In this document: positions 1-9,372 of the stretch, piece after piece
Layout of the letters: each line of letters begins with the position of its first letter
Position numbering within the stretch: position 1 is the first letter of the stretch
Assembly (NCBI GenBank): GCA_022449945.1
Contig: JAKURM010000004.1
Location: forward strand, 1 to 51,727
Length of the DNA stretch: 51,727 nucleotides
Direction: 5' to 3'
Source of the DNA: Candidatus Thalassarchaeum sp.
GTDB taxonomy: Archaea; Thermoplasmatota; Poseidoniia; Poseidoniales; Thalassarchaeaceae
Made by a program: the position numbers and the translations under genes
The notes under the pieces: generated by a model
Told to the model about the DNA's origin: nothing
What the model saw: only the letters and a program-made list of their open reading frames with translations
The model's database searches: none

Positions 1-503
1 CCCATAATTACAGAGATTTGAGGGATTACTCCACTGGCTGTAACTTTTCTGAAGAAAATTTCTGCGTAGTAGCCAAGGCTTGCCCCTCCTACTTGGATTC
101 TAGCCCCTCCACTGTCATTTAGCCCAATTACTGGTGCACCAGTTTTTAGGGCCATATCCAGAATCTTGCATATCTTGAGGCCGTGCATTTCGCCAAGAGA
201 TCCTCCGTAAACCGTGAAATCCTGAGCGAAGCAGTAAACCAGCCTCCCGTCAATTGTTCCATGTCCACAAACCACTCCATCACCGGGAATTACGTTTCTA
301 TCCATGTCGAAATCCCGGCATCTGTGTTCAACTAGCGCATCTACTTCCATAAACGAGCCAGAGTCTAGCAACTGGTCGATCCTCTCTCTTGCAGTCAACT
401 TGCCCTTAGCATGCTGGGCCGAAATCCTATCTTGGCCGCCTCCTGCATGCGCCTTTGACTTCCTACGCCTCAGGTCATCAATTCGGTCCGACCCTCCTGT
501 CAT
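1..503 (-). CDS. pccB: Acyl-CoA (propionyl-CoA) carboxylase beta subunit, truncated by window edge
   Basis: Read manually on the minus strand from ATG at 503: [91 protein letters not shown]. Absent from the ORF track because it runs off the edge. Confidence 0.9.
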   Translation of the reverse strand, partial: MTGGSDRIDDLRRRKSKAHAGGGQDRISAQHAKGKLTARERIDQLLDSGSFMEVDALVEHRCRDFDMDRNVIPGDGVVCGHGTIDGRLVYCFAQDFTVYGGSLGEMHGLKICKILDMALKTGAPVIGLNDSGGARIQVGGASLGYYAEIFFRKVTASGVIPQISVIM

Positions 504-608
504 TGAATTGGTAAATGGCAATAGGCCGCCCATGAGCATTCCTGATGACTTGTCATGTACAATGTAGCGGTTGCTTGAAGTCAGAATACGAATTGCAATG
601 CTCCGAAG

Positions 609-1046
609 ATGCGTGTAGTAGTGGCAAAACCAGGTTTAGATGGGCATGATAGGGGTGCCAAGGTGATAGCTAGGGCCCTAAGGGACGGTGGCCATGACGT
701 AATATACACCGGATTGCGCAAAAGTCCTGACGAGATTGTCAGGATAGTTAGTGACGAAGACGCTCAAGTTTTGGGGCTATCGACACTTTCTGGAGCTCAC
801 GAGTCTCTGATCCCAATTATCTGCACGGGCCTAAGGGAATCTGGACTGGGTGATGTGATTGTCTTTGCAGGAGGAATAATTCCCGAGCGAGATAGGAAGG
901 CACTGTATGAGTCAGGTGTCAGGGCGATTTTTGGCCCCGGTACGAAAACCACTTCCGTTCTAGATTTCTTGAATGAGGCATCAGATAGGTTGAGTGCAGG
1001 AAACCCTGTGGGGGTAGGTTCGGACACGGGGTGGCACTGGAATTGA
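609..1046 (+). CDS. Methylmalonyl-CoA mutase small (cobalamin-binding) subunit
   Basis: [14 protein letters not shown]12-binding DxHxxG motif, [13 protein letters not shown]. Confidence 0.95.
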   Translation: MRVVVAKPGLDGHDRGAKVIARALRDGGHDVIYTGLRKSPDEIVRIVSDEDAQVLGLSTLSGAHESLIPIICTGLRESGLGDVIVFAGGIIPERDRKALYESGVRAIFGPGTKTTSVLDFLNEASDRLSAGNPVGVGSDTGWHWN

Positions 1047-1945
1047 GTGACACCTCCAACTTGCTTAAATCGGCTCGGACTGGAAATCGTCGCAGTTTGG
1101 CAAAACTTCTGACAGCAATTGAGAGGGGTCAAGAGAGTGAGATAACCTCCGAAGAATCCTGGATTCTGGGCGTCACGGGGGCTCCTGGGGTCGGAAAATC
1201 AACATTGATTGGAAGATTGATTGAGCATTGGCAATCTAACGGAGAGAAAGTTGCTATTCTGGCCGTAGATCCGTCTTCTCCAGTCTCTGGAGGGTCCTTT
1301 TTGGCAGATAGAGTCCGCATCCCACAAGCAGATATTGACGACTCAATTTTTTTCAGATCTCTTGCCTCGAAAAACTTCCCCGGTGGAATAGTACCCAATA
1401 TTGGAAAAATGTGCCAAGCACTATCTGCTTGCGGTTGGGGGCGCATTGTCATTGAAACTGTCGGATCCGGACAATCGGAAATTAGTATCGTGGCATTTGC
1501 CGACATCGTACTTCTTGTCGATGGCCCCGATAGGGGGGACATCATTCAAGCAGAGAAAGCAGGAATCTTGGAAATCGCTGATTCAATTGCAATAAACAAG
1601 TCTGACATTCCAAGTTCAAATTCTGCAATCGAGGACATTCGCCGTTCACTAGAACTTAGTGAGGGTGACAACAGAACAGTTCACTTGGTTTCTGCGATTA
1701 ATGGAGATGGAATTTCCGAGTTAATTTCTGATTTGGAATCGATTTCACCGGATCCTGGTAGGCTGGGTATCCGGAATCGAGAGAAACTAATTTCATACTG
1801 GGTTTCGTTATTGCTTAGCCACGAGGAAATCGACTCTCAATTAGTCAATCTGGGTAACGGTTCTATAACTGTCCGAGATGCGATATATTCTATGGGTTCG
1901 TCTATGAATTTTGGAGGTACTGCTAATGGTCGAAACGACGACTGA
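1031..1945 (+). CDS. meaB: MeaB/ArgK family GTPase, mutase chaperone
   Basis: GVTGAPGVGKST P-loop, AVDPSSPxSGG, DRVR, ETVGSGQSE, KAGILEIAD, NKSD; directly after the mutase B12 subunit. Confidence 0.92.
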   Translation: MALELSDTSNLLKSARTGNRRSLAKLLTAIERGQESEITSEESWILGVTGAPGVGKSTLIGRLIEHWQSNGEKVAILAVDPSSPVSGGSFLADRVRIPQADIDDSIFFRSLASKNFPGGIVPNIGKMCQALSACGWGRIVIETVGSGQSEISIVAFADIVLLVDGPDRGDIIQAEKAGILEIADSIAINKSDIPSSNSAIEDIRRSLELSEGDNRTVHLVSAINGDGISELISDLESISPDPGRLGIRNREKLISYWVSLLLSHEEIDSQLVNLGNGSITVRDAIYSMGSSMNFGGTANGRNDD

Positions 1946-2567
1946 AGTCTTTGTTGATCACGTCGAGCATTCAATCGGCGGATTCGGCGGTCACGCTTTT
2001 CGGAGGGCAACCCATGTAACAATGGCCATCATCCCCTATCTTTACTACGTTCATGGAAATGATATTTCTTCCTATTTTCAATTAGCTCCTAACCAGTTCG
2101 TCAGTCTAGTATGCATTTCCATACTAATCATTGAGGCATTGCGACTCCGTTTTGGAATCGTCATTATCGGTCAAAGAGAGTATGAATCATACCAAATTTC
2201 TGCATTGGCTTGGGGTGCTCTTGCAGTTTCACTTGCACTCCTAATAGCTCCCCAGAAGGGCGAACTGATGGAAGCAGGACTTTATGGCGCGCCAATAATT
2301 TTCGGAATGACAATAGTCGATCCTGTAATGGGCGAAATAAAGAGGATAAAGCAAGACCTGAGGCTAGCAATAGGAATCGGTCTTTTGGTTTCATACGTCG
2401 TTTGGCTATCTTGTTACTATTGGTTGGGTACAGACTTGATTGTCGTAGCACTCCTTGCTCCTCTAACTGTAGCAGGAGAGCTACCAAAGACGAAAGCAAT
2501 CGACGATAATGCCACCATGATCCTTTTTCCCCTTGCGGGATTGATACTCATGTTTCCATTCCTCTGA
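1926..2567 (+). CDS. Membrane protein, SEC59/phytol kinase-like CTP-dependent lipid kinase family (putative)
   Basis: Several TM segments; RRATH, DPVMGEI and DDNATM motifs typical of dolichol/phytol kinases. ATG at 1926 follows GGAGGT. Confidence 0.55.
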   Translation: MVETTTEVFVDHVEHSIGGFGGHAFRRATHVTMAIIPYLYYVHGNDISSYFQLAPNQFVSLVCISILIIEALRLRFGIVIIGQREYESYQISALAWGALAVSLALLIAPQKGELMEAGLYGAPIIFGMTIVDPVMGEIKRIKQDLRLAIGIGLLVSYVVWLSCYYWLGTDLIVVALLAPLTVAGELPKTKAIDDNATMILFPLAGLILMFPFL

Positions 2568-2620
2568 CACCATAAACCCGTCATATTTACAACCCGAATA
2601 GGCCTCGTGGTGTCGATACA

Positions 2621-2788
2621 ATGGAATTACAGGACGAATCTTCTTTAGACGACTCTGGGAACTCCCCATCTGATGACGGTCCTGCAGAGGTCAATATTGT
2701 CGAAACTCCCTTATCCCAGAGTACCTACTTGGCAATCTGGGCAATTTCACTTGTTGCCTCATTCGGCATTTTCTTTGTGTACTTCTGA
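2621..2788 (+). CDS. Small (55 aa) tail-anchored membrane protein
   Basis: Manual translation MELQDESSLDDSGNSPSDDGPAEVNIVETPLSQSTYLAIWAISLVASFGIFFVYF*. Fills the gap between two co-oriented genes, with GTGGTG upstream. Confidence 0.65.
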   Translation: MELQDESSLDDSGNSPSDDGPAEVNIVETPLSQSTYLAIWAISLVASFGIFFVYF

Positions 2789-2823
2789 TAGACATTTTGT
2801 AGTTTTATCGTTTGGATAGGCTC

Positions 2824-4686
2824 GTGTGCGGGATATCTGGGTTATTGGGAAGCGACTCCTCAGAAATGGCATCCAATATGGCTAGATGCATGCGTCACAG
2901 GGGGCCAGATGGTTTCGGGGGATTCTCCGAAGATATTGGCAGGGGAATAGTAGCCTTTGGGCATTCCAGACTTTCAATAGTTGACATGGGGGGCTCGGAA
3001 CAACCCCTCGTAAATCACTCTGGTTCTGCGTTGGTACATAATGGGGAAATATACAACTACGGTCAGATTAGAAAATCTATTTCCAATTATCAATGGTCTA
3101 CATCTGGTGATTCAGAGACAATATTAGCTCTACATTCAAACTCAATTTCCAGACCTTCCGAAGCCCCAGAATTTGCTACTGGTGTGGACGTTTCCGGAAT
3201 ACGGATTTCTCCGCAGGCCGCTTATCCTGGAAACCCTGCGGAGAAGCACTCCAAATGGGTATCTATGCTGGATGGGATTTGGGGATTCGCTCTTTGGGAT
3301 CCAGCTCTACGTGAACTAATCCTGTGCAGGGATTCAATGGGCGTGAAGCCACTCATACGCACCATACTTCCCAACGGTACTCTGCTATTTGCTTCCGAGA
3401 TGAAAGCATTTCATGCACATCCTGAGTTTGTCCCAATCCCTGACATCACGTCCCTTGCAGTTAGGTTGGCTTACGAGTATCCCCTAGACAGAACAACGCT
3501 ATTCGATGGAGTAATGCAAGTAGGACAAGGGACCATAGAAACATGGGGTATAGACGCCGAAGGAAGAGCCGTAATGACGGGAATTACTCGATATTCCTCT
3601 GAATCGATTAAACCTAATTCCAGCCTAGACTTCGAAAAACACTCAACTATTCTATTTGACACACTAAGTAAGAGTGTCAGAGATCGGATGATGTCAGATA
3701 CTCCCGTCGGCATTGTACTTTCTGGGGGGCTGGACTCTAGCCTAATTGCCGCCCTAGCAAAGGACTCCTCGGATGAATCCTCTCTGGAATCACCTGAATG
3801 CTGGACAGTTGCGGGTAGTGAGGACAATCCTGATCTAATTTCTTCTCAGAGAGTTACCGAAAGTCTTGACTTGCAACATAATGTTAGCATCCTTCATGAT
3901 GACATCTTCTGGAAGAAACTCCCTAGTTTTTCTTGGGATGGAGAAGATATGGACATCACAGTTCTTTTTTGGCAGCCACTATTTGAGGCAATGTCAACCT
4001 CAGTCAAGGTTGGATTGTGCGGACAGGGTGCAGACGAACTTCATGGGGGATATCAGAGATACGCCAATCTGCCACTGCACGCGAAGACTGTGGGCAATCG
4101 CCTGGATCTTGCAAGAGGCATTGACTTCTCAAGAATTGAATCCGGTATCGGGAAACCCTGGGAGGATTCGGGATTTTCACCTGATTCCGTGTTCTCTTCG
4201 GTCCAGTCGGCACTACAGTTCGAACTCGACAGAGGCCAACTAACCAACTTCCAACTTCGTCTTGCGGATAGGCACGGAATGGCATCGGGTTTGGAAGCTA
4301 GGGTTCCATTCTTGGGAAGGTCACATAGAGTTGCATCCCATAAAATGCCAATCGAATGGAGAGTCTCTAGTCCCGAGGAGAAGTTGGCACTAAGAAAGGC
4401 TGCAGAGCTGACAAACCTTCCCGATTCCATAGTTTACAGGCCTAAACTCCCCGCTGGAACAGCCACCGCCCCCAAGATGGTTGAGAGCCTAATTTCCGAA
4501 CTAGAGCCCCATGCACTTGAATGGTCAGCAGAGTATGGGATTTTGGAGCCATTACTTAGGAATCAGCCTGATATGGCGATAGGGATCCGATTATTCCACG
4601 CCACCCACTTTACAGAAGGAGGGATTGAACGCTCTTCAAAAGATTTGATGTCCGTCATCGATGATGTTGGGGACTGGCCCGGATAG
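2824..4686 (+). CDS. asnB: Asparagine synthetase B family glutamine-dependent amidotransferase
   Basis: GTG at 2824 gives the MCGI Ntn nucleophile; HRGPD, HSRLSIVD, HNGEIYN, SGGLDSS, GQGADELHGGY, EARVPFL. Confidence 0.9.
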   Translation: MCGISGLLGSDSSEMASNMARCMRHRGPDGFGGFSEDIGRGIVAFGHSRLSIVDMGGSEQPLVNHSGSALVHNGEIYNYGQIRKSISNYQWSTSGDSETILALHSNSISRPSEAPEFATGVDVSGIRISPQAAYPGNPAEKHSKWVSMLDGIWGFALWDPALRELILCRDSMGVKPLIRTILPNGTLLFASEMKAFHAHPEFVPIPDITSLAVRLAYEYPLDRTTLFDGVMQVGQGTIETWGIDAEGRAVMTGITRYSSESIKPNSSLDFEKHSTILFDTLSKSVRDRMMSDTPVGIVLSGGLDSSLIAALAKDSSDESSLESPECWTVAGSEDNPDLISSQRVTESLDLQHNVSILHDDIFWKKLPSFSWDGEDMDITVLFWQPLFEAMSTSVKVGLCGQGADELHGGYQRYANLPLHAKTVGNRLDLARGIDFSRIESGIGKPWEDSGFSPDSVFSSVQSALQFELDRGQLTNFQLRLADRHGMASGLEARVPFLGRSHRVASHKMPIEWRVSSPEEKLALRKAAELTNLPDSIVYRPKLPAGTATAPKMVESLISELEPHALEWSAEYGILEPLLRNQPDMAIGIRLFHATHFTEGGIERSSKDLMSVIDDVGDWPG

Positions 4687-4954
4687 ATCCTTCATTCGCC
4701 AACAGACGCATCTTTTCTGCGACTCCCCCCTTTCCACTATATCCGCCTATGGAGCCATCAGACTTCACGACTCTGTGACAGGGGACAATGATTGGATACG
4801 GGTTAGAAGAACAGGCATTTGCCACAGCCCGAGCAGATCTGGGATGGCCTATTTCCACTGCCACTTCTTTGTATGACCGAGTCTCCCCGGGGGGTATTTT
4901 CATCAGTTCCTTCCAGACCTTGTTCTGGAAATCAGTACCGTCCAAATTAACCAA
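4655..4954 (-). CDS. ogt: Methylated-DNA--protein-cysteine methyltransferase (C-terminal domain only)
   Basis: FQxKVW..IPPGETRSY..ARAVANA..NPYPIIVPCHRVV with the active-site Cys. Confidence 0.9.
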   Translation of the reverse strand: MVNLDGTDFQNKVWKELMKIPPGETRSYKEVAVEIGHPRSARAVANACSSNPYPIIVPCHRVVKSDGSIGGYSGKGGVAEKMRLLANEGSIRASPQHHR

Positions 4955-4969
4955 TTCTCGCCCTTCCAG

Positions 4970-5260
4970 TTATTCCGCTTCGGCTTGATCGTCCGTCTCG
5001 AAACCACCATCGTCCATTCCAACGATTTCATAGTTCGAAGGAAAAAGTGCAATGACTATTCCTGCAACAATGCATCCAAGTCCTAATGCAAATGCCTGTT
5101 TAACAACCATCAATTCAAGACCAATTGCGAAGAGAATTAGTCCTCCCAAGTTAGAAACCCACACCAATGTCTTGAATGTTGATAGAGAAACCCCCTCGGA
5201 TCTCTTAGTCCTTCTTGGTCCAAACTCAGCACCGAATCTAAGTGGCCCCTTGTCCTCCAT
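4970..5260 (-). CDS. Small membrane protein (2 TM)
   Basis: Two hydrophobic helices and an acidic tail; 4 bp downstream of the ferredoxin gene. Confidence 0.7.
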   Translation of the reverse strand: MEDKGPLRFGAEFGPRRTKRSEGVSLSTFKTLVWVSNLGGLILFAIGLELMVVKQAFALGLGCIVAGIVIALFPSNYEIVGMDDGGFETDDQAEAE

Positions 5261-5264
5261 TCAA

Positions 5265-5597
5265 TCACCTATCAATCATCAGAATTGCATCTGTCGGACA
5301 GGCTAGGACACATAGCTTACAACCAGTACACGGGTCTCTGAGAATCCTAGCCTTTCTGTTGACATCTACACTCATAATTGGGCTTGCCAGAGGGGTGTCG
5401 TAGAGCTCAATAGCATCATCATCGCATACAATCGTACACTGGTCACACCCAATACACTGTTCTTCCTTAACCCATGCAACAGCATCATCTCCACCCTTCA
5501 AACTAGCCTCTTCTTCAGCCTTCATAGAATTAAGGAGCCTCCTAATTCTTGCCTGTTCTACGGCCCTCCTTTCCAATAGGTCCGGTATCTCAGTCAT
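5265..5597 (-). CDS. 2[4Fe-4S] ferredoxin with N-terminal helical extension
   Basis: CIGCDQCTIVC and CTGCKLCVLACP motifs. Confidence 0.9.
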   Translation of the reverse strand: MTEIPDLLERRAVEQARIRRLLNSMKAEEEASLKGGDDAVAWVKEEQCIGCDQCTIVCDDDAIELYDTPLASPIMSVDVNRKARILRDPCTGCKLCVLACPTDAILMIDR

Positions 5598-5664
5598 GCT
5601 CGTTCAACTACTGGCGAGATGCCCATCCTTAAGATAGTGATTCTGCAATAATAGCATTTGCGAA

Positions 5665-8481
5665 CTAAGTCGACTTCGACTCTTCGATCTGTCTAGCTAG
5701 GAAACTCACAACGTCTAAAATTTCGAAGTCATGCCTTGGGTCTCCTTCGAACTTCAGGCATTCGAAGTGTGCTACGCACTTGGGGCATGTTGTCAGCATC
5801 ACATCTGCACCCGTAGCATTCACCTCGTCAAATCTCTGCAACCTTAGAGCACGGCTATTTTCATTACACGACATCATGCTAGAAACGCCACAACAAAGGG
5901 CATCTTCACCCGTATGCTCCATTTCGACTAGCTCGACACCATCTACCGCCCTGACCAAGTCGCGCGGCTCTTCGTAGATATTCATCTGCCTACCGAGTCG
6001 GCAAGGGTCGTGATAAGTCACAGTAACATCATTCTCGGTTCGTAGACTCATGTCAAATCCATTCTCTACTAGGAATTCTGTGGTATGCATAACCTTCATG
6101 TCGTCAAGTTCGTAGTCCAAGGCAAAGGTGCGGAAGCACTCTGCACACGATGTCACCAGAGTGTCTATCCCACTCTGTCCGAGCTTCTTCTGGTTGTATG
6201 CCTTTAACTTTTCAAACACCTCAGTCATTCCTTGCCACTTCTGATCATGCCCGCAGCACTTCAGGAAGTCCCTTCCTAGATATGTAACGGACTCCCCCAT
6301 CTCCTCGAAAATCGTGAATGCCGCGTTTGTGGTCTCTCCGAGGTCCATCTCACCATGATTGACATGGCTGAATATCATCTCTTGATCGATGTAGTCTACG
6401 CATCCTGGGTAGTAGCCAACGCTAGAATCCAGGGGATAGTCTTCTACAGAGATGAACGACTCATCTGCGTCTTCTTCGGCTTCAGCAGCGAGAACTGCTT
6501 GTAATAATGTGTGCGGAATCTCAGCAGCGGGAGGCCCTCCGACAACCAGATTCCTCCTGATGTCGATGTATGAGTCATAGTCAACCAGCTGTGGACATGC
6601 GTTAGTGCATGCGGTGCATGTTAAGCACGAGTACAATGGGACACCGTCATCCTCATTGTTCCATGTATTGTATATGATGTTCAGCTTGTCTCCAGCATTG
6701 AATAGCCTGACTGGACAAGCATCGTCGCACAGGTCGCATCCATAGCACTTGTTCATCTCCCATTCGTAACCCCTTGCCATGCTTCTCATTAGCATGAACA
6801 CAATTGCACCGACTCCTAGGCAAGGAATAAACATCGAATAGATTAGCTTGGCATCCAGACTCTTTGGGTTTTTGTGGTAGGTCGGGTTTTCCAGTGCAAG
6901 GGAGGCTAATTCTGTTAATTCCCTTGTACTATCGGCTCTCGCCAAAGTAGTCCCTTCTTCGGATAGTAGGAGGGGCTGGTAAGCAACAACCGAGAAGTCG
7001 GAAATCATCATGACGCTATCGTTCACTTCGCTGGATTTGGTGACGAACGTAACTGTGTATGATTGAGCCGAATCTAAGTAGATGGTTGCAGACTGGCACG
7101 ATGTTCCACTATTTTCCCACACTAGCTGTCCAGCCTCATCCGTTAGCACCAGGCTTTGTGTGTGGAGTCCAGCATTCCTGACTGTAGTTCTGAAATTGCA
7201 CGAAATATCAGCAGGAACTTCGGAGAGTCCTAGGTCTTCGACCATGAATGTCCTAGACTCTATGATTTCAATATCGCTAGCATCCTCTGAGCCATTATAG
7301 ATTACGTCATCTGCACCAATATTCCTGGAGGTAGATATATCGCTATGCCCATTAACCCCACTGAAGTCAATGATCGTTGACCTAGTCGGTTGGAAAACCC
7401 CCCAATTCGACCAGTATATCGCAGGCATGACACACCATTCGTCGTAGGAGTCGCCTTCGTGGATATCCTCCCAAACTGATAGTTGGCCGGAACTCTCGTA
7501 TGGCAGGCACTTGTCACCCCACTCATCCCAGACATTTCCTTTGTCTACATGGACAAGAGTGTCTGATGGCTGTCCTCTGATGCCATCCAATTCAACCAGC
7601 TTCGCCTCGTTCTGATACTCCCAGAATCCCATTGTCCCGAGTCCTCTCTGATTCCAGAAGCCATTTTCGTAGACAGGCCATGTTATTGCACATAGCAGTA
7701 CGCTAGCGACCAGTGAACCTACCGCAATCTGCCTTCCAAGGATTGGGGTTAATCTAGAACCCATGGGTCCAAGGAGGAACTTTCTCACCGAGAAATACAA
7801 GAGTGCAAAAACGAAAATTCCCGTCAGAACCCATGGAACTGCATTGAATACCTCTGCTGTCCACGGAGACTGCGTGCCGCATCTGAAAACCCCATGCGAG
7901 GTCCCCCAACAGTAGTCTGTTCGATTTTGTCCATACATTTCTAGGAAGATGTTTATCGAGAAAACTGAGATGAACCAAACGTGAGCAAGATATACTGCCC
8001 CAGCAGTAGCAAACCACGGATCTTCGACCCCCCTCTTCTCCCTCTTCCCAATGATGAAGGGGGGTAGTGCCAAGATTCCTACTGGGAGGCCAGTAATTAG
8101 CGCACCCCATACTCCTGCATTCCACGAGACGATCGGTTGTCCAAAGAACTCGCCTATTGGGCCAGCAGGAATGTCGAACTGAGGTAGGTATTCCCCCCAT
8201 CGGAGGTATCCATAGGAGAACAAAACATACCAGTCTGGGAAAACGAAACCAGCCTGGGCATATGGGTCAGCCGCATTGTGCAAAGGTGGGGGGATTATCC
8301 AAGAGTAGAATGCAATAACCATCATTATCGATGCGAAAATTATGGTGTCACGAAGTACCTCTGTTGGCCAGAATGCATGTCCGGTGAAAACCCTCCTCCT
8401 CTCATCTTCCCCTTCTAGTAGGCCTTCCTTTTCACTGATGTAGGTGTCAGCTATCCTTCCGAATCTTTCTATCATCCCCAT
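5665..8481 (-). CDS. Cytochrome b6f subunit IV-like domain fused to an extracellular domain and an HdrD/GlpC-like Fe-S CCG oxidoreductase
   Basis: N-terminal FWPxEV..PPPL..ADP..PDWY (Qo motif); C-terminal CYGCDLCDDACP and CLTCTACTNACP, plus two CCG domains (YYPGC..CCG..CAEC; YHDPC..CCG..CPKC). Confidence 0.85.
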   Translation of the reverse strand: MGMIERFGRIADTYISEKEGLLEGEDERRRVFTGHAFWPTEVLRDTIIFASIMMVIAFYSWIIPPPLHNAADPYAQAGFVFPDWYVLFSYGYLRWGEYLPQFDIPAGPIGEFFGQPIVSWNAGVWGALITGLPVGILALPPFIIGKREKRGVEDPWFATAGAVYLAHVWFISVFSINIFLEMYGQNRTDYCWGTSHGVFRCGTQSPWTAEVFNAVPWVLTGIFVFALLYFSVRKFLLGPMGSRLTPILGRQIAVGSLVASVLLCAITWPVYENGFWNQRGLGTMGFWEYQNEAKLVELDGIRGQPSDTLVHVDKGNVWDEWGDKCLPYESSGQLSVWEDIHEGDSYDEWCVMPAIYWSNWGVFQPTRSTIIDFSGVNGHSDISTSRNIGADDVIYNGSEDASDIEIIESRTFMVEDLGLSEVPADISCNFRTTVRNAGLHTQSLVLTDEAGQLVWENSGTSCQSATIYLDSAQSYTVTFVTKSSEVNDSVMMISDFSVVAYQPLLLSEEGTTLARADSTRELTELASLALENPTYHKNPKSLDAKLIYSMFIPCLGVGAIVFMLMRSMARGYEWEMNKCYGCDLCDDACPVRLFNAGDKLNIIYNTWNNEDDGVPLYSCLTCTACTNACPQLVDYDSYIDIRRNLVVGGPPAAEIPHTLLQAVLAAEAEEDADESFISVEDYPLDSSVGYYPGCVDYIDQEMIFSHVNHGEMDLGETTNAAFTIFEEMGESVTYLGRDFLKCCGHDQKWQGMTEVFEKLKAYNQKKLGQSGIDTLVTSCAECFRTFALDYELDDMKVMHTTEFLVENGFDMSLRTENDVTVTYHDPCRLGRQMNIYEEPRDLVRAVDGVELVEMEHTGEDALCCGVSSMMSCNENSRALRLQRFDEVNATGADVMLTTCPKCVAHFECLKFEGDPRHDFEILDVVSFLARQIEESKST

Positions 8482-8490
8482 GTAAACACC

Positions 8491-9363
8491 TCAATGTGGC
8501 TCCGCAATTCCTTGTACCCAAACGATGAAGAGGTGGGCCAGAATAAGGGCCGTTACTATCACCGGTAGAACGAATACATGCAAGAAGTACATCCTAACCA
8601 CAGTCTGTCCCGTGAGAACGGTATCCCCAAAAAGTGCGTTAGCCATCCATTCCCCTATCAAGGGCGTGGCATTAGCCATGTTTATTCCAATCGTGGCCGC
8701 GCCAAACGCCAGACTATCCCATGGAAGTAGATAACCGGAGTAACCGAAAAAGATGGTGAAGAACATCAAAGCCACTCCAATTAGCCAGTTTAGCTCCCTG
8801 GGGTTCCTGTAAGCACCAGTGAAGTAAACCCTGCACATGTGTAGGAATACAGCTGCTACCATGAAGTGAGTAGTCCAGTGGTGAATTGAACGGATTATGT
8901 ATCCGAATGGTAACTCTAGCATAATGAATTCCATTGATGCGTATGCAGGAGTCGGGTCAGAGCTTAGGTCTCCCCCTGGGACATAGTAGAAGCCAAGAAT
9001 CGTCCCAGAAATTACCAGGATAATGAATGCTAGGAATGAGATCCCACCTAAGCAGTACAATGGATACCAATACCAAATAATCCTTAGTTTATACTTCTCA
9101 GCATGAGTTAGTGGCATTTGCCTGTGCATACTGTGGTAAGAATCCCGGCTCATGCCCCAATAGTCCTGGATCCGAAATCTAGTATCAAGCCAAGAGAATG
9201 CCCATAGGAAGGCCTTCTCTGCCAATCCCATACTTCCTGCGTTAGTTTCAACTGCCCTGAGGATATCTTTTCTCGGAATGTCATCCCTCTCCCTCCTTAG
9301 GGTGAATGCAACGATAACCACGACAATTGCTATGAAAATCCAAAGGAACCAGAACTGAATCAT
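8491..9363 (-). CDS. Cytochrome b6-like (split cytochrome b, N-terminal part)
   Basis: YCLGGI, IRSIHHW..FLHMCRV, PRELNW, GYLLPWD, FLHVFVLP..AHL; four heme-ligating His. Confidence 0.93.
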   Translation of the reverse strand: MIQFWFLWIFIAIVVVIVAFTLRRERDDIPRKDILRAVETNAGSMGLAEKAFLWAFSWLDTRFRIQDYWGMSRDSYHSMHRQMPLTHAEKYKLRIIWYWYPLYCLGGISFLAFIILVISGTILGFYYVPGGDLSSDPTPAYASMEFIMLELPFGYIIRSIHHWTTHFMVAAVFLHMCRVYFTGAYRNPRELNWLIGVALMFFTIFFGYSGYLLPWDSLAFGAATIGINMANATPLIGEWMANALFGDTVLTGQTVVRMYFLHVFVLPVIVTALILAHLFIVWVQGIAEPH

Positions 9364-9372
9364 ATTTTTTAC

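Noticed and set aside
5665-6760. Evidence of methanogenesis from the Hdr-like domain
   Set aside because: CCG domains are widespread in non-methanogens and no mcr, mtr or coenzyme M genes are present.
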